NCBI GenBank assembly: GCA_021648085.1
Contig: JAKITS010000001.1
Coordinates: 196,948-260,947, forward strand
DNA from: Candidatus Magasanikiibacteriota bacterium
GTDB lineage: Bacteria; Patescibacteriota; Patescibacteriia; Magasanikbacterales; UBA922
Direction of reading: 5' to 3'
DNA: 64,000 nt
Both the position numbers and the translations under genes were made by a program. Numbering within the stretch: the first letter of the stretch is position 1; every line of letters starts with the position of its first letter. The notes beneath the pieces are model-generated. The model worked only from the letters and a program-made list of their open reading frames with translations. It had not been told where the DNA came from and did no database searches. Positions 19,606 to 28,921 of the stretch are shown piece after piece.

Positions 19606-19797
19606 TTGGCAGAATTAGGTGTAGCAAGTCTTACCATAATAACAGGACTAATAAGTTTGTATTATGCTGACAAATCGCTAAAAGACCCTATCGAAAAAAA
19701 TATTCGAAAAAATGTTCTTGAGGCAGAGTGGGGTTGTGCATTGGCAATAATGGGACTGATTCTAAATCTTGTAGTGCGTACTTATTTAAATCTTTAA
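19606..19797 (+). CDS. small hydrophobic protein (63 aa)
   Basis: ORF track; two hydrophobic helices. Confidence 0.3.
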   Translation: MAELGVASLTIITGLISLYYADKSLKDPIEKNIRKNVLEAEWGCALAIMGLILNLVVRTYLNL

Positions 19798-19844
19798 GTA
19801 AAAAGTATGTTGCGTGAGTTAGTAAATAAATGGTTTGGTTATAA

Positions 19845-20246
19845 GTGGTCGCGCTATATGTTTGCACCAAAGAACGTGAATTGCGTTATATTGTTAATGT
19901 AGATTCCCCAATACCAATTCTTGGATACTTAATACCTTCATTTCAGGAATCCGGAAATCCTAGAGAACCATGGCATGTTTGGTTAAATTATAATAAGAAT
20001 TATACTACACTATTAATTACAAAAGATTGCTTCACAAAAGATGGAAGCATTAGTTCGGAATTGCTCACAAAAATCAAAACACTTGATCCCGCTTTTATGA
20101 ATAATTCAGACAAATATGAAATTTTAACCGCCCAAGATTGCGTGAACAAAAAAAATATACCTTTTATGAATAGAAATACAATAACCCTCGATAATTGGGA
20201 TAGAAATACTTTTTTATGTATTTTGCGTGATATCTTTAAAAAATAA
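19845..20246 (+). CDS. hypothetical protein (133 aa, GTG start)
   Basis: ORF track; no motif recognised; start is GTG (encodes V, translated as M in the track). Confidence 0.35.
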   Translation: MVALYVCTKERELRYIVNVDSPIPILGYLIPSFQESGNPREPWHVWLNYNKNYTTLLITKDCFTKDGSISSELLTKIKTLDPAFMNNSDKYEILTAQDCVNKKNIPFMNRNTITLDNWDRNTFLCILRDIFKK

Positions 20247-20315
20247 GAAATAATCTGATAAGGTGTTTTGGATTTCGACCATTCGTCCTTAATCCCTCTG
20301 CCCAAAAACCAAGAC

Positions 20316-20338
20316 AAAAAATCAATTTTGTCCATTTT
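20316..20338. repeat. right arm of 23-bp perfect inverted repeat
   Basis: AAAAAATCAATTTTGTCCATTTT = reverse complement of 19388-19410. Confidence 0.8.
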
Positions 20339-20522
20339 ATGGAGGCATTTTCTTAAGAGAAAATAAAAGGAAAAGCGTACATCAGCTAACAGCAAATATT
20401 CAAAAATTTTTTAATTAAATTTGGTTATATTTTATTTTTAAATATCTTGGAATCTTAATAAAAATAAATTTTATAAAATAAAAAACTACTTAAATTAAGC
20501 AGTTTTTTATTTTATAAAAGTT

Positions 20523-21107
20523 TTAAGGTAAAAGTTTTAAAACATTCCACCAGTTTTCAATATATTCGGCTCGTCTATTTTGATATTTTAGATAGTAAGC
20601 ATGTTCCCAAACATCTAAAGTCAAAATTGGGGTGTGTCCAGTTGAAAGTGGGGAATCTTGGTTTGAAGTAGAATAAACTTGGAGTTTTCCATTTTCATCC
20701 CGAACAAGCCAAGTCCAACCGCTCCCAAATTTTGTGCCTGCTTCTTTATTAAACAATTCTTTGAAAGATTCTAAAGATCCAAAAGTTTCTTCTATTTCTT
20801 TTACTAAGTTTTCATCAACTTGTTTTTTTGGCCCCAAAACACTCCAAAATAAATTGTGGTTTACATATCCACCACCATTATTTTTGATAGCATTTTTGTC
20901 TGCTTCATAAATATTTAAGCTAGAAATATCTTTCAAAATATCTTCTGCACTTTTTTCTTGAAGTTCTGGATATTTTTCTAATGATTTATTGAATTTATCT
21001 GTATATCCTTGGTGGTGCTTGCTGTGGTGAATTTGCATTGTTTGTACATCTATAAACGGTTCCAAAGCATCATAAGAATATTTTAATTTTGGTAATTCGT
21101 GCTTCAT
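20523..21107 (-). CDS. sodA: superoxide dismutase (Fe/Mn family)
   Basis: HHSKHH, ..NHNLFW.., DVWEHAYYLKYQNRR metal-ligand motifs. Confidence 0.9.
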   Translation of the reverse strand: MKHELPKLKYSYDALEPFIDVQTMQIHHSKHHQGYTDKFNKSLEKYPELQEKSAEDILKDISSLNIYEADKNAIKNNGGGYVNHNLFWSVLGPKKQVDENLVKEIEETFGSLESFKELFNKEAGTKFGSGWTWLVRDENGKLQVYSTSNQDSPLSTGHTPILTLDVWEHAYYLKYQNRRAEYIENWWNVLKLLP

Positions 21108-21130
21108 ATTTTTATATTTAATGAATTAAT

Positions 21131-21232
21131 TTTGTCATCTCGAACAAAGTGAGAGTTCCCTTAAACATTTTAAAATCACAAAATATAAGCGATTTCTCAC
21201 CCGTATTCTTGGATTCGAAATGACAGAAAAAA
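21131..21232. repeat. short derivative of repeat family B bounded by inverted termini
   Basis: tgtcatctcgaacaaagtgagag..cccttaaacatt ... ttcgaaatgacagaaaaa; termini are reverse complements. Confidence 0.6.
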
Positions 21233-21270
21233 ACTAATATTTGTTTTTAATTATTTACATTATATGAAAT

Positions 21271-21470
21271 TGTACGGGGATATTTCGACTTCGTTTCACT
21301 ACGCTCAATATGACATAATATTTCACGCCATCCTGAGCGGAATGAAGCAAAGCGGAATGAAGTCGAATGGATCTCGAGAGAGAGTTATCAGAATTATGAA
21401 TATTTTATGTTTTGGTGACGCAATTCCGAGATATTTCGACTTCGTTTCACTAGGCTCAATATGACGTCTG
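21271..21470. repeat. REP-like palindromic repeat cluster (family A; three units L-R-L)
   Basis: Unit tgtacggggatatttcgacttcgtttcactacgctcaatatgaca and its reverse-complement variant (c)gtcatcctgagcg.aag..aagtcgaatggatctcg; same units at 23193, 26558, 32299, 33334, 33756, 43035. Confidence 0.85.
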
Positions 21471-21519
21471 TGTTTTTTCTTTTCCTTTCTTACTTAATCT
21501 GCCTAATTTACTGTCTTTC

Positions 21520-22107
21520 TTATAGTTTACCAACCAATTCAATTCCAGGAGTTAAAGTTTCTTTCCCAGGTTTCCAGCTTGCTGGACACACCATTCCGTT
21601 GTGCTCATCTACAAAAATAGCAGCTTGAAGTTTTCGTAGTAATTCGTCTGCAGAACGACCAATACTATTGTCGTGCAATTCATAAGTTTTTATAAATCCT
21701 TCTGGATCTACAATAATAGTTGCGCGAAGTGAAAGCCCTTCGTCTTCCAAATAAGTTCCCATTTGTTTGCACAACTTTCCACTTGTATCTGCTCCCATTG
21801 GATATTGGATTTTTGCGATAGAAGGGGAGCTGTCGTGCCAAGCTTTGTGAGTAAAAGATGTGTCTGTGCTAATGCTCAAAATTTCTGCATTCAAACTTTT
21901 AAACTCTTTGTATTTATCTGCAAGCTCTGTAAGCTCGGTTGGGCATACAAATGTAAAATCTGCTGGGTAAAAAAACAGCACAAGCCATTTTCCTTTAAAT
22001 TTTGAAAGCTCTACATTGTCTTCCAATTTATTTTCGTGAAAGATATTCACAGATAAATCTGGCAATTGCATTCCTACAATTGGTTTTCTAAAATTTTCAT
22101 TTTCCAT
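21520..22107 (-). CDS. peroxiredoxin (AhpC/TSA family, typical 2-Cys)
   Basis: FTFVCPTEL peroxidatic Cys motif, C-terminal resolving Cys (VCPASW). Confidence 0.85.
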   Translation of the reverse strand: MENENFRKPIVGMQLPDLSVNIFHENKLEDNVELSKFKGKWLVLFFYPADFTFVCPTELTELADKYKEFKSLNAEILSISTDTSFTHKAWHDSSPSIAKIQYPMGADTSGKLCKQMGTYLEDEGLSLRATIIVDPEGFIKTYELHDNSIGRSADELLRKLQAAIFVDEHNGMVCPASWKPGKETLTPGIELVGKL

Positions 22108-22217
22108 ATATTTTATTTCTTAAATATTTTATTATAGTTTGTTTATTATATATCCTTTTAGAAATATAAACAAGATAAAAAGTGTGGTATAATTGAATAA
22201 ATACATAATTTTTTGTT

Positions 22218-23105
22218 ATGCCAAAAAAGAAGTTTAATTTTTTAGTTTCAGATTTAGAAAAAATAGCAAATACCGTAAGACAAGATCTCTTAAAGATGTT
22301 GGCAGAAGCAAATTCTGGGCATACTGCAGGTCCTCTTGGGTTGGCAGATATTTTTACAGCACTTTATTTTCGTGTTTTAAATCATAATCCAAAAAAACCA
22401 GCTTGGGCAAAAAGAGACAGGCTTTGTATGTCTTGTGGGCATGTTGTTCCGGTTCGATACGCCGCTATGGCGCGTTCTGGCTATTTTCCACTTTCAGAGT
22501 TAAAAACTTTGCGAAAATTAGGTTCAAAATTGCAAGGACATCCATCTTTTTTGGATATGCCAGCTTTGGAGCATTCTTCTGGACCGCTTGGGCAAGGCTC
22601 TTCGGTAGCGGTTGGTATGGCAATTGCTGCAAAGATGAACAAGCAAAGACATTATGTTTTTTGTATTGTTAGTGATGGTGAGCAACAAGAAGGTCAAACT
22701 TGGGAAGCTGCAATGCTCGCAGGAAAACACAAACTAGACAATCTTATTTTTATAATGGATAGAAACAATATTCAAATAGACGGAACCACAGAAGAGATAA
22801 TGCCGTTAAATCCGTTGAAAGACAAATATGAAGCATTTGGTTGGCATGTTTTGGAAATAGACGGAAACAATATGAAAGAAATAATTGGAGCTTGTGAATT
22901 GGCAAAAAATATTCATGAAAAACCTGTTATGATTTTGGCACACACAATTCCAGGAAAAGGGGTGAGTTTTATGGAAAATGATTATCGTTGGCACGGAGCT
23001 CCACCGGGAAAACTAAAAACAGAGCGATCACCTTCCAAAGAGGAGCAGTTACAAGATGCTTTGGAAGAGTTAAAAAATAGTAGAAAACAAATTTTTGTTC
23101 AATAA
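22218..23105 (+). CDS. transketolase, N-terminal (TPP-binding) subunit
   Basis: GHTAGPLGLADIF, LQGHPS, GPLGQGSSVAVGMA, SDGEQQEG..DNLIFIMDRNNIQIDG. Confidence 0.85.
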   Translation: MPKKKFNFLVSDLEKIANTVRQDLLKMLAEANSGHTAGPLGLADIFTALYFRVLNHNPKKPAWAKRDRLCMSCGHVVPVRYAAMARSGYFPLSELKTLRKLGSKLQGHPSFLDMPALEHSSGPLGQGSSVAVGMAIAAKMNKQRHYVFCIVSDGEQQEGQTWEAAMLAGKHKLDNLIFIMDRNNIQIDGTTEEIMPLNPLKDKYEAFGWHVLEIDGNNMKEIIGACELAKNIHEKPVMILAHTIPGKGVSFMENDYRWHGAPPGKLKTERSPSKEEQLQDALEELKNSRKQIFVQ

Positions 23106-23192
23106 TTTTTTAAAAAAAAGAAAAGAAATGGATCCTTAGTCAAGGTGAGGATGACAGAAAAAGGTTTAGCTATTTATATTTTAATTATATTG

Positions 23193-23277
23193 CACCGAGA
23201 TATTTCGACTCCACTCCACTCAGCTCAATATGACATGAATAAAATACGTCATCCTGAGCGAAGTCGAAGGGTCTCGT
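23193..23277. repeat. REP-like family A inverted pair between the two transketolase subunit genes
   Basis: gagatatttcgactccactccactcagctcaatatgacat ... cgtcatcctgagcgaagtcgaagggtctcg. Confidence 0.85.
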
Positions 23278-23358
23278 GAAAGTATCACAAATAATAAAAT
23301 AGAAAAGAATATTTTGGGTAGGCGAAGCAATAGAATACTTAGAACATTTATTATAAAT

Positions 23359-24342
23359 ATGTACGATAAAACATTGGTAAAAAATTGGTATGACAAAAGT
23401 GTAAAAATGGTCCCAACTAGAAATGGTTATGGAGACGGTGTTGTAATTGAAGGAAGAAAGAACAAAGATCTAATGGTCTTGTGTTGCGATCTTACAGAGT
23501 CAACTCGTTCCGAAGGTTTCAAAGATGCTTATCCAGAAAGATTTTTGGAGATTGGTGTGGCAGAACAGAATCTAATAGGAGTTGCGACTGGTTTGGCTTT
23601 GGAGGGGAAAGTTCCATTTTGTTCATCTTATGCAGTTTTTAATCCAGGTAGAAATTGGGATCAAATTCGTGTTTCTGTATGCTATAACAAGGCAAATGTA
23701 AAAATTGTTGGTGCACACGCTGGAATTTCTGTTGGGCCAGACGGAGCGACCCATCAAGGTTTGGAGGATATTGCGATTACTAGAGTTTTACCAAATATGA
23801 CTGTGCTTGCACCATGTGATTACGAGGAGGCTAAGAAGGCTACAATTGCAGCTGCAAAAATGAAAGGACCTGTATATTTGCGTTTTGCTCGTGAAGCAAC
23901 TGCAGTTTTTACTACACCAAAAACTCATTTTGAAATAGGAAAAGCAAATGTTTTCAAAGAGGGGAGTGATGTGACAATTATTGCCTGTGGTCCTCTTGTA
24001 CATAAGGCTTTACTTGCTGCAAAAAAACTTACAAGTTTAAAAATAAATGTAGAAGTCATAAATAATACAACAATAAAACCGTTGGATGAAAAAGTACTAC
24101 TTGCTTCAATAAAAAAAACAGGTGCGGTTGTGACAGTAGAAGAACATCAGATCGCTGGTGGACTTGGTGGAGCAATAGCAGAGTTAACTTCCAAATATCA
24201 TCCTGTGCCTATAGAATTTTTAGGAATGCCAGATTCGTTTGGAGAGTCTGGAACACCAGAAGAATTGTTGAAAAAATATGGAATGACAGAGAAAGATATT
24301 GTTTTGGCAGTAAATAGGGTTTTAAAAAGAAAAAGTAAATAA
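23359..24342 (+). CDS. transketolase, C-terminal (pyrimidine-binding) subunit
   Basis: ORF track start 23314; Met at 23359 (MYDKTLVKNW) preferred; EIGVAEQNLIGVATGLALEGK, HAGISVGPDGATHQGLEDIA. Confidence 0.85.
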   Translation: MYDKTLVKNWYDKSVKMVPTRNGYGDGVVIEGRKNKDLMVLCCDLTESTRSEGFKDAYPERFLEIGVAEQNLIGVATGLALEGKVPFCSSYAVFNPGRNWDQIRVSVCYNKANVKIVGAHAGISVGPDGATHQGLEDIAITRVLPNMTVLAPCDYEEAKKATIAAAKMKGPVYLRFAREATAVFTTPKTHFEIGKANVFKEGSDVTIIACGPLVHKALLAAKKLTSLKINVEVINNTTIKPLDEKVLLASIKKTGAVVTVEEHQIAGGLGGAIAELTSKYHPVPIEFLGMPDSFGESGTPEELLKKYGMTEKDIVLAVNRVLKRKSK

Positions 24343-24355
24343 AAATTATATTAAA

Positions 24356-24389
24356 CTAAAAAATACCGTTTTTATGGTATTTTTTAGTT
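24356..24389 (+). terminator. rho-independent terminator
   Basis: ctaaaaaatacc-gtttttat-ggtattttttag. Confidence 0.7.
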
Positions 24390-24424
24390 TAATAAATTGC
24401 CATTTTGCCATTTTTGTGATATAA

Positions 24425-25384
24425 ATGAAATACAAACAAAAGGAGGTGGCGATGAGTAAGTATGTAATGTTCTTTTTAATTTTTGTTTTATCTTTTGTAT
24501 TTTTTTCTAGTTGTGATAAAAATAGTTCAGAACCAAAAGATGTAACGCAATTTAATAGAGAGGTTTTAGCTCGTATTTATTTCAATGAGCCTATAAGTCT
24601 TTGGAAACTCAAGATTTGGACAGGTGATAATTCTGGAAAGGTAGAATTGGCAGAAGTTAATTTATCTTTTGAAAAGAGTTCTATAAGTTTAATGTTGCGA
24701 GAGAATGTCAATTTACTCTTAGATGCGATATCTTTTGTAAAAGGAGTAGATGAAGATGCGGAGTTTTTAGGGGTTCGATATATTCATATTTGGACGAGCA
24801 AAGATTTTTTTTACGGAGATTTATCTAAAACTAAAAATTTTTTTGTTGAAAGAGTAGATAATGTGGAATACCTGGAAGTTGCGATGGATGAAAAGCCACC
24901 ACTTCTTGCAGGTTGGATTCCAAGATGGGTAAAAATGACAGATGAAATTTCACTATCTTTTTATTTTGATGAGTATAATGATTTTGATAGTTATAAATAT
25001 TTAGACATAGTCATTGAAATAGACAATCCAATAACAGAGAAGTTTAGTTATTATTGGCTAACAAATTTACCTGGAGCACATTTTATATATGATGGAAATG
25101 AGGATGGTAAAAATATATTTAGAATTAGAGTAGAGGTCGAAGAACTTTTGTTAAATGAATTTGTATATTCCTTGTATCTTCCTTTGGAAAATAGAGATGA
25201 TCCAATGAATATAAATTTAATGGCTGTCACATTTGATGTTGTTTCGGGTGGTTCTTGTAATGTGGTCGGTGATGAACCTTTTTGTTCTTTTATGATAGAA
25301 CATTCTGATTTTTCTGCTTCAAGCTCCAGAAGTAAAAAGCATGGTGGTAAGGATCGTTTATCAGAAATAAAATATTTGTTTTGA
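24425..25384 (+). CDS. hypothetical lipoprotein
   Basis: Signal peptide with lipobox (VFFSSC); no other motif. Confidence 0.55.
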   Translation: MKYKQKEVAMSKYVMFFLIFVLSFVFFSSCDKNSSEPKDVTQFNREVLARIYFNEPISLWKLKIWTGDNSGKVELAEVNLSFEKSSISLMLRENVNLLLDAISFVKGVDEDAEFLGVRYIHIWTSKDFFYGDLSKTKNFFVERVDNVEYLEVAMDEKPPLLAGWIPRWVKMTDEISLSFYFDEYNDFDSYKYLDIVIEIDNPITEKFSYYWLTNLPGAHFIYDGNEDGKNIFRIRVEVEELLLNEFVYSLYLPLENRDDPMNINLMAVTFDVVSGGSCNVVGDEPFCSFMIEHSDFSASSSRSKKHGGKDRLSEIKYLF

Positions 25385-25454
25385 GTTTTATAAATGTCGA
25401 TTAATTTCGGCATTTTTTCTTTCCTTTTTTGTGTTTTGAGGTTATAATTATTTT

Positions 25455-25679
25455 ATGGAAGATTTTTTCTATAATTTAACGCATTTGGATAACATGAAAT
25501 CCTTTTGGTCTGTGGCCGGGGTTCTCATTTTTTGGGCTTTGCCTTGGAAAATTTATGCAATGTGGAAAGCTTACAAAAAACAAGAATGGAGATGGTTTGT
25601 GGCTTTATTTTTCTTGAACACTTTCGCAATTTTAGATATTTTATACATTTATAAATACAGTAAAAAAGAAACATTATGA
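25455..25679 (+). CDS. small membrane protein
   Basis: 74 aa, two TM helices. Confidence 0.4.
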   Translation: MEDFFYNLTHLDNMKSFWSVAGVLIFWALPWKIYAMWKAYKKQEWRWFVALFFLNTFAILDILYIYKYSKKETL

Positions 25680-25975
25680 CACTAGAAAATTTAAAGAAAT
25701 TTAATTTGGACGAGGCAAAACAGATTGGGACAGAGATTGGAATAAACTGGGAAACTTCTCTTTTTGATGTAGAGCAATTTGCAGAAGGTTTACATGTAGA
25801 ATTGGAGCATGGAGCTCACGATCCACAAACAGATGTTAGTGGAGATGATACAAAGATAACTGGAAAAATAGCGTGGGCACATTTGAAAGAATTTCCAGAT
25901 TATTATATTCGTTTGGAAAAAATGGAGGAAGAAGCTGAAGCATATTGGGAAGAAAAAAATAAAGAAAATGGCTAA
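25676..25975 (+). CDS. hypothetical protein
   Basis: 99 aa, acidic; overlaps neighbours by 4 and 8 nt (operon-like). Confidence 0.45.
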   Translation: MTLENLKKFNLDEAKQIGTEIGINWETSLFDVEQFAEGLHVELEHGAHDPQTDVSGDDTKITGKIAWAHLKEFPDYYIRLEKMEEEAEAYWEEKNKENG

Positions 25976-26531
25976 CTTAGAGTTGGGTGGAAAAAAAATA
26001 AATTATGAAATTAAAAAAAGCAAGCGCGCAAAATATGTGCGTGTTGCTATTTTGAGTGATCGTGATATTTTGGTGACAATTCCACACAGACAAAGGTTTG
26101 TAAATGTTGAAAGAATTTTTGAAGATAAACAGGATTGGATTTTGAAGAGTCTTGCAAATTATGAAAATAATTATATTTTACTGAAAGGTGGTAGCGACCA
26201 TTATAAAAAACACAAAAAAACTGCGTTGGAATTGGTAGAAAATAAAATAGCTATTTTTGTAGGAAGCTATAATATTGAAATTGGTAGAGTTTGTGTGCGA
26301 AATCAAAAAAGTAGGTGGGGAAGTTGTTCATCCAAAGGAAGTTTGAATTTCAATTATAGACTTTTATTTTTACCAGAGCATTTGGCAGAATATATTATAG
26401 TTCACGAGCTTTGTCATTTGGTGGAGTTGAATCATTCTCATAGATTTTGGGCTTTGGTAGAGCAGGAAATACCAGATTATAAAGCTTGTAGAAAAGAGTT
26501 GAGATCAAAATATAAAATAGTAGTAAAATAG
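25968..26531 (+). CDS. YgjP-like metal-dependent hydrolase (DUF45/WLM-type HExxH)
   Basis: HELCHLVELNHSHRFWALV zinc-metallopeptidase-like motif characteristic of YgjP family. Confidence 0.7.
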   Translation: MANLELGGKKINYEIKKSKRAKYVRVAILSDRDILVTIPHRQRFVNVERIFEDKQDWILKSLANYENNYILLKGGSDHYKKHKKTALELVENKIAIFVGSYNIEIGRVCVRNQKSRWGSCSSKGSLNFNYRLLFLPEHLAEYIIVHELCHLVELNHSHRFWALVEQEIPDYKACRKELRSKYKIVVK

Positions 26532-26557
26532 TTTTTAATAAGGAGTAAAAAACCGAC

Positions 26558-26625
26558 ACATCATCTTGAGCGAAGCGCAAAACATACACATGTCATCCTG
26601 AGCGAAGTCGAAGGATCTCGTGAAA
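26558..26625. repeat. REP-like family A units (tandem R-type)
   Basis: catcttgagcgaagcgcaa...gtcatcctgagcgaagtcgaaggatctcgtgaaaatatcac. Confidence 0.8.
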
Positions 26626-26668
26626 ATATCACAAAACAAAAAATAAACAAATAATAAAAATTTAAATT

Positions 26669-27508
26669 ATGAAAATAGGAGCACATGTTTCGGTAGCAGG
26701 TGGGTTGATAAATTGTTTTGAAAATGCAGAAATAATTGGTGCAGAGGCTGTGCAAATTTTTGGTTCTTCGCCTAGAACTTGGAAGATAAAAAAACCAACA
26801 GATGAAGAAGTTAAAAATTTCAAAGAAGTACACAAAAAATCAAAAGTTGGGCCTATATTTTTGCACGCAAGTTATTTGGTAAATTTGGGAAGTCCTAGTG
26901 ATAAATTGTGGTACGCCTCAATAAATAGTTTGGTGGGGCATATGAAAATCGCCGAGGTTATTGGCGCAGAAGGACTTGTTTTTCATGTGGGTTCTGGCAA
27001 AGACACAACAAAAAAAGAAGCAATAAAGCGTGCTATAAAAGGAATGAAAAAAGTTTTGAAAGAAGTTCCCGGTAAAACCAATTTAATTATAGAAAATTCT
27101 GCTGGTGGTGGCACAAAACTTGGAAACACTCCAGAAGAAATAGGAGAAATCTTCCGAGAAGTGAGTAGTAAAAGAGTAAAAGTCTGTTTGGATACAGCAC
27201 ACGCATTTGAAGCGGGAGTTTTGAGATATACACAAAAAGAGATAAAAGATTTTGTAAAATTATGTGACAAAGAATTTGGTTGGAAAAATGTAGTATGTAT
27301 TCACGCAAATGATTCTAAAACAGAGTTTGATTCCAAGCATGACAGACATGAAAATATAGGAGAAGGTTTTATAGGTTTAGAAAGTTTCAAAAATTTATCA
27401 AAAAACAAAGATTTCAAAAAAGTTCCGTGGATTTTGGAAGTTCCGGGTTTTGGAGAAAAGAAAGGACCAGACAAAAAGAATATAGATATTTTGAAAAAAA
27501 TGAAATAA
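26669..27508 (+). CDS. nfo: endonuclease IV (AP endonuclease family 2)
   Basis: MKIGAHVS, FLHASYLVNL, VFHVGS, CLDTAHAFEAG, HANDSK, TIM-barrel metal ligands. Confidence 0.9.
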   Translation: MKIGAHVSVAGGLINCFENAEIIGAEAVQIFGSSPRTWKIKKPTDEEVKNFKEVHKKSKVGPIFLHASYLVNLGSPSDKLWYASINSLVGHMKIAEVIGAEGLVFHVGSGKDTTKKEAIKRAIKGMKKVLKEVPGKTNLIIENSAGGGTKLGNTPEEIGEIFREVSSKRVKVCLDTAHAFEAGVLRYTQKEIKDFVKLCDKEFGWKNVVCIHANDSKTEFDSKHDRHENIGEGFIGLESFKNLSKNKDFKKVPWILEVPGFGEKKGPDKKNIDILKKMK

Positions 27509-27513
27509 AAAAA

Positions 27514-27543
27514 GAACGGAGCTATAAAAGTTCCGTTTTGTTT
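27514..27543. terminator. bidirectional terminator
   Basis: gaacggagct-ataaa-agttccgtt + ttgttt. Confidence 0.6.
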
Positions 27544-27991
27544 ATGGGCGAATGAGGTTTGTTTTATCCCATTCTGTGCAAAGTGCATTGAAAATATCTT
27601 TTGGAAGTCTGCGAAGTTCGACTCTAAGACCTAAGTCTAAGGCTTGTTTATGACCTTCTTTCATACCTTTGGACATTCCAATATCGTGATAAATAGCTTT
27701 TATTCCGTTAGCTCTCAAAAGGGTGTTCCCAAGTTCCAGACCAGATTCAATCCCTATTATTCTTTCTTTTTTAACTTTATCGTTTAAGACGCCTGATAAG
27801 GTATAAATTGCATGACTTGCGAAAGGAATTTCACCTCTTTGAAAACAATCATTCAAACAAAGATTTAAATAGGCAAGGTTGAAATCAACATCAGTCCAAT
27901 TTGGGTTATCTCCTTTATAAGGACTTTCTACAATTACAAATTTTCTATCAGAAACTGGTAATTCTTCGACAGACGGCATTTTTTTACGCAT
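27542..27991 (-). CDS. hypothetical protein
   Basis: 149 aa; no confident family assignment. Confidence 0.5.
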   Translation of the reverse strand: MRKKMPSVEELPVSDRKFVIVESPYKGDNPNWTDVDFNLAYLNLCLNDCFQRGEIPFASHAIYTLSGVLNDKVKKERIIGIESGLELGNTLLRANGIKAIYHDIGMSKGMKEGHKQALDLGLRVELRRLPKDIFNALCTEWDKTNLIRP

Positions 27992-28120
27992 CTTCCTCTC
28001 CTTTATGAAAGAAATATACTTTTATTTTATACTATTTAAAATAAAAGTAAACTGTGTATAAGTTTTAAGTTGAGTAAAAAGTGAATATAGATTATATTAT
28101 AAAGATAATAAACAAAAAAT

Positions 28121-28912
28121 ATGTCCAAATTTTATAAAGGAAAAAGGAGTAGAAATTTGTATGATCCAAAAAGTAAAAAGCCGTTTAGATTGAGTCGTTC
28201 AAAAATTGATTTATTTTTGAGTTGTCCAAGATGTTTTTATATAGACAGAAGGCTTGGGGTTGGTCGTCCACCTGGATTTCCATTTAATCTAAATTCTGCA
28301 GTAGATACACTTTTAAAAAAAGAATTTGATATTCACAGAGCAAAAAATACCCAACACCCACTTATGAAAGCATACAATGTAGATGCAATTCCTTTTGCTC
28401 ACGAGAAAATGGATGAGTGGAGAGAAAATTTTAAAGGCGTCACATTTTTGCACGAGCCTACAAATTTTATTATCACTGGTGCGGTAGACGATTTGTGGGT
28501 AAATCCAAAAAATGAAATAATAGTGGTAGATTATAAAGCTACAAGTAAAGACGGGCAAGTGAATATAAGTGCACCGTGGCAAATTGGCTATAAGCGACAG
28601 ATGGAAGTTTACCAGTGGCTTATGCGTAAAAATGGATTTGATACTTCAGACACAGGATATTTTGTTTATTGTAATGGTAAAACAGACAAAGAAGCATTCG
28701 ATGGAAAACTTGAATTTGATATAGATGTAATTCCGTATAAAGGAGATGGTAGTTGGATAGAAAAAACTTTGGTAGAGGCACACAAAACTTTGGTAAAAAA
28801 TGAAATTCCAGAAGCAGATGAAGATTGTGATTATTGTATTTATAAATCTGCGGTAATAGAAGTAGAAAACAGTGACATTGGAAAATGTAAAGGACAGCAG
28901 TGTTTAATATAA
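28121..28912 (+). CDS. PD-(D/E)XK nuclease superfamily protein, Cas4/RecB-like with Fe-S cysteines (stand-alone)
   Basis: N-terminal CPRC, core D..VDYK (IITGAVDDLWV..IIVVDYKATSK), QMEVYQWL, C-terminal CDYC..C..C cluster. Confidence 0.6.
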   Translation: MSKFYKGKRSRNLYDPKSKKPFRLSRSKIDLFLSCPRCFYIDRRLGVGRPPGFPFNLNSAVDTLLKKEFDIHRAKNTQHPLMKAYNVDAIPFAHEKMDEWRENFKGVTFLHEPTNFIITGAVDDLWVNPKNEIIVVDYKATSKDGQVNISAPWQIGYKRQMEVYQWLMRKNGFDTSDTGYFVYCNGKTDKEAFDGKLEFDIDVIPYKGDGSWIEKTLVEAHKTLVKNEIPEADEDCDYCIYKSAVIEVENSDIGKCKGQQCLI

Positions 28913-28921
28913 TATAATTTT

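Noticed and set aside
21264-21464. 66-aa ORF MKLYGDISTSFHYAQYDIIFHAILSGMKQSGMKSNG...
   Set aside because: Lies entirely within REP-like family A repeat units (its sequence is the translated repeat); no RBS; the same pseudo-peptide would recur at every repeat copy.
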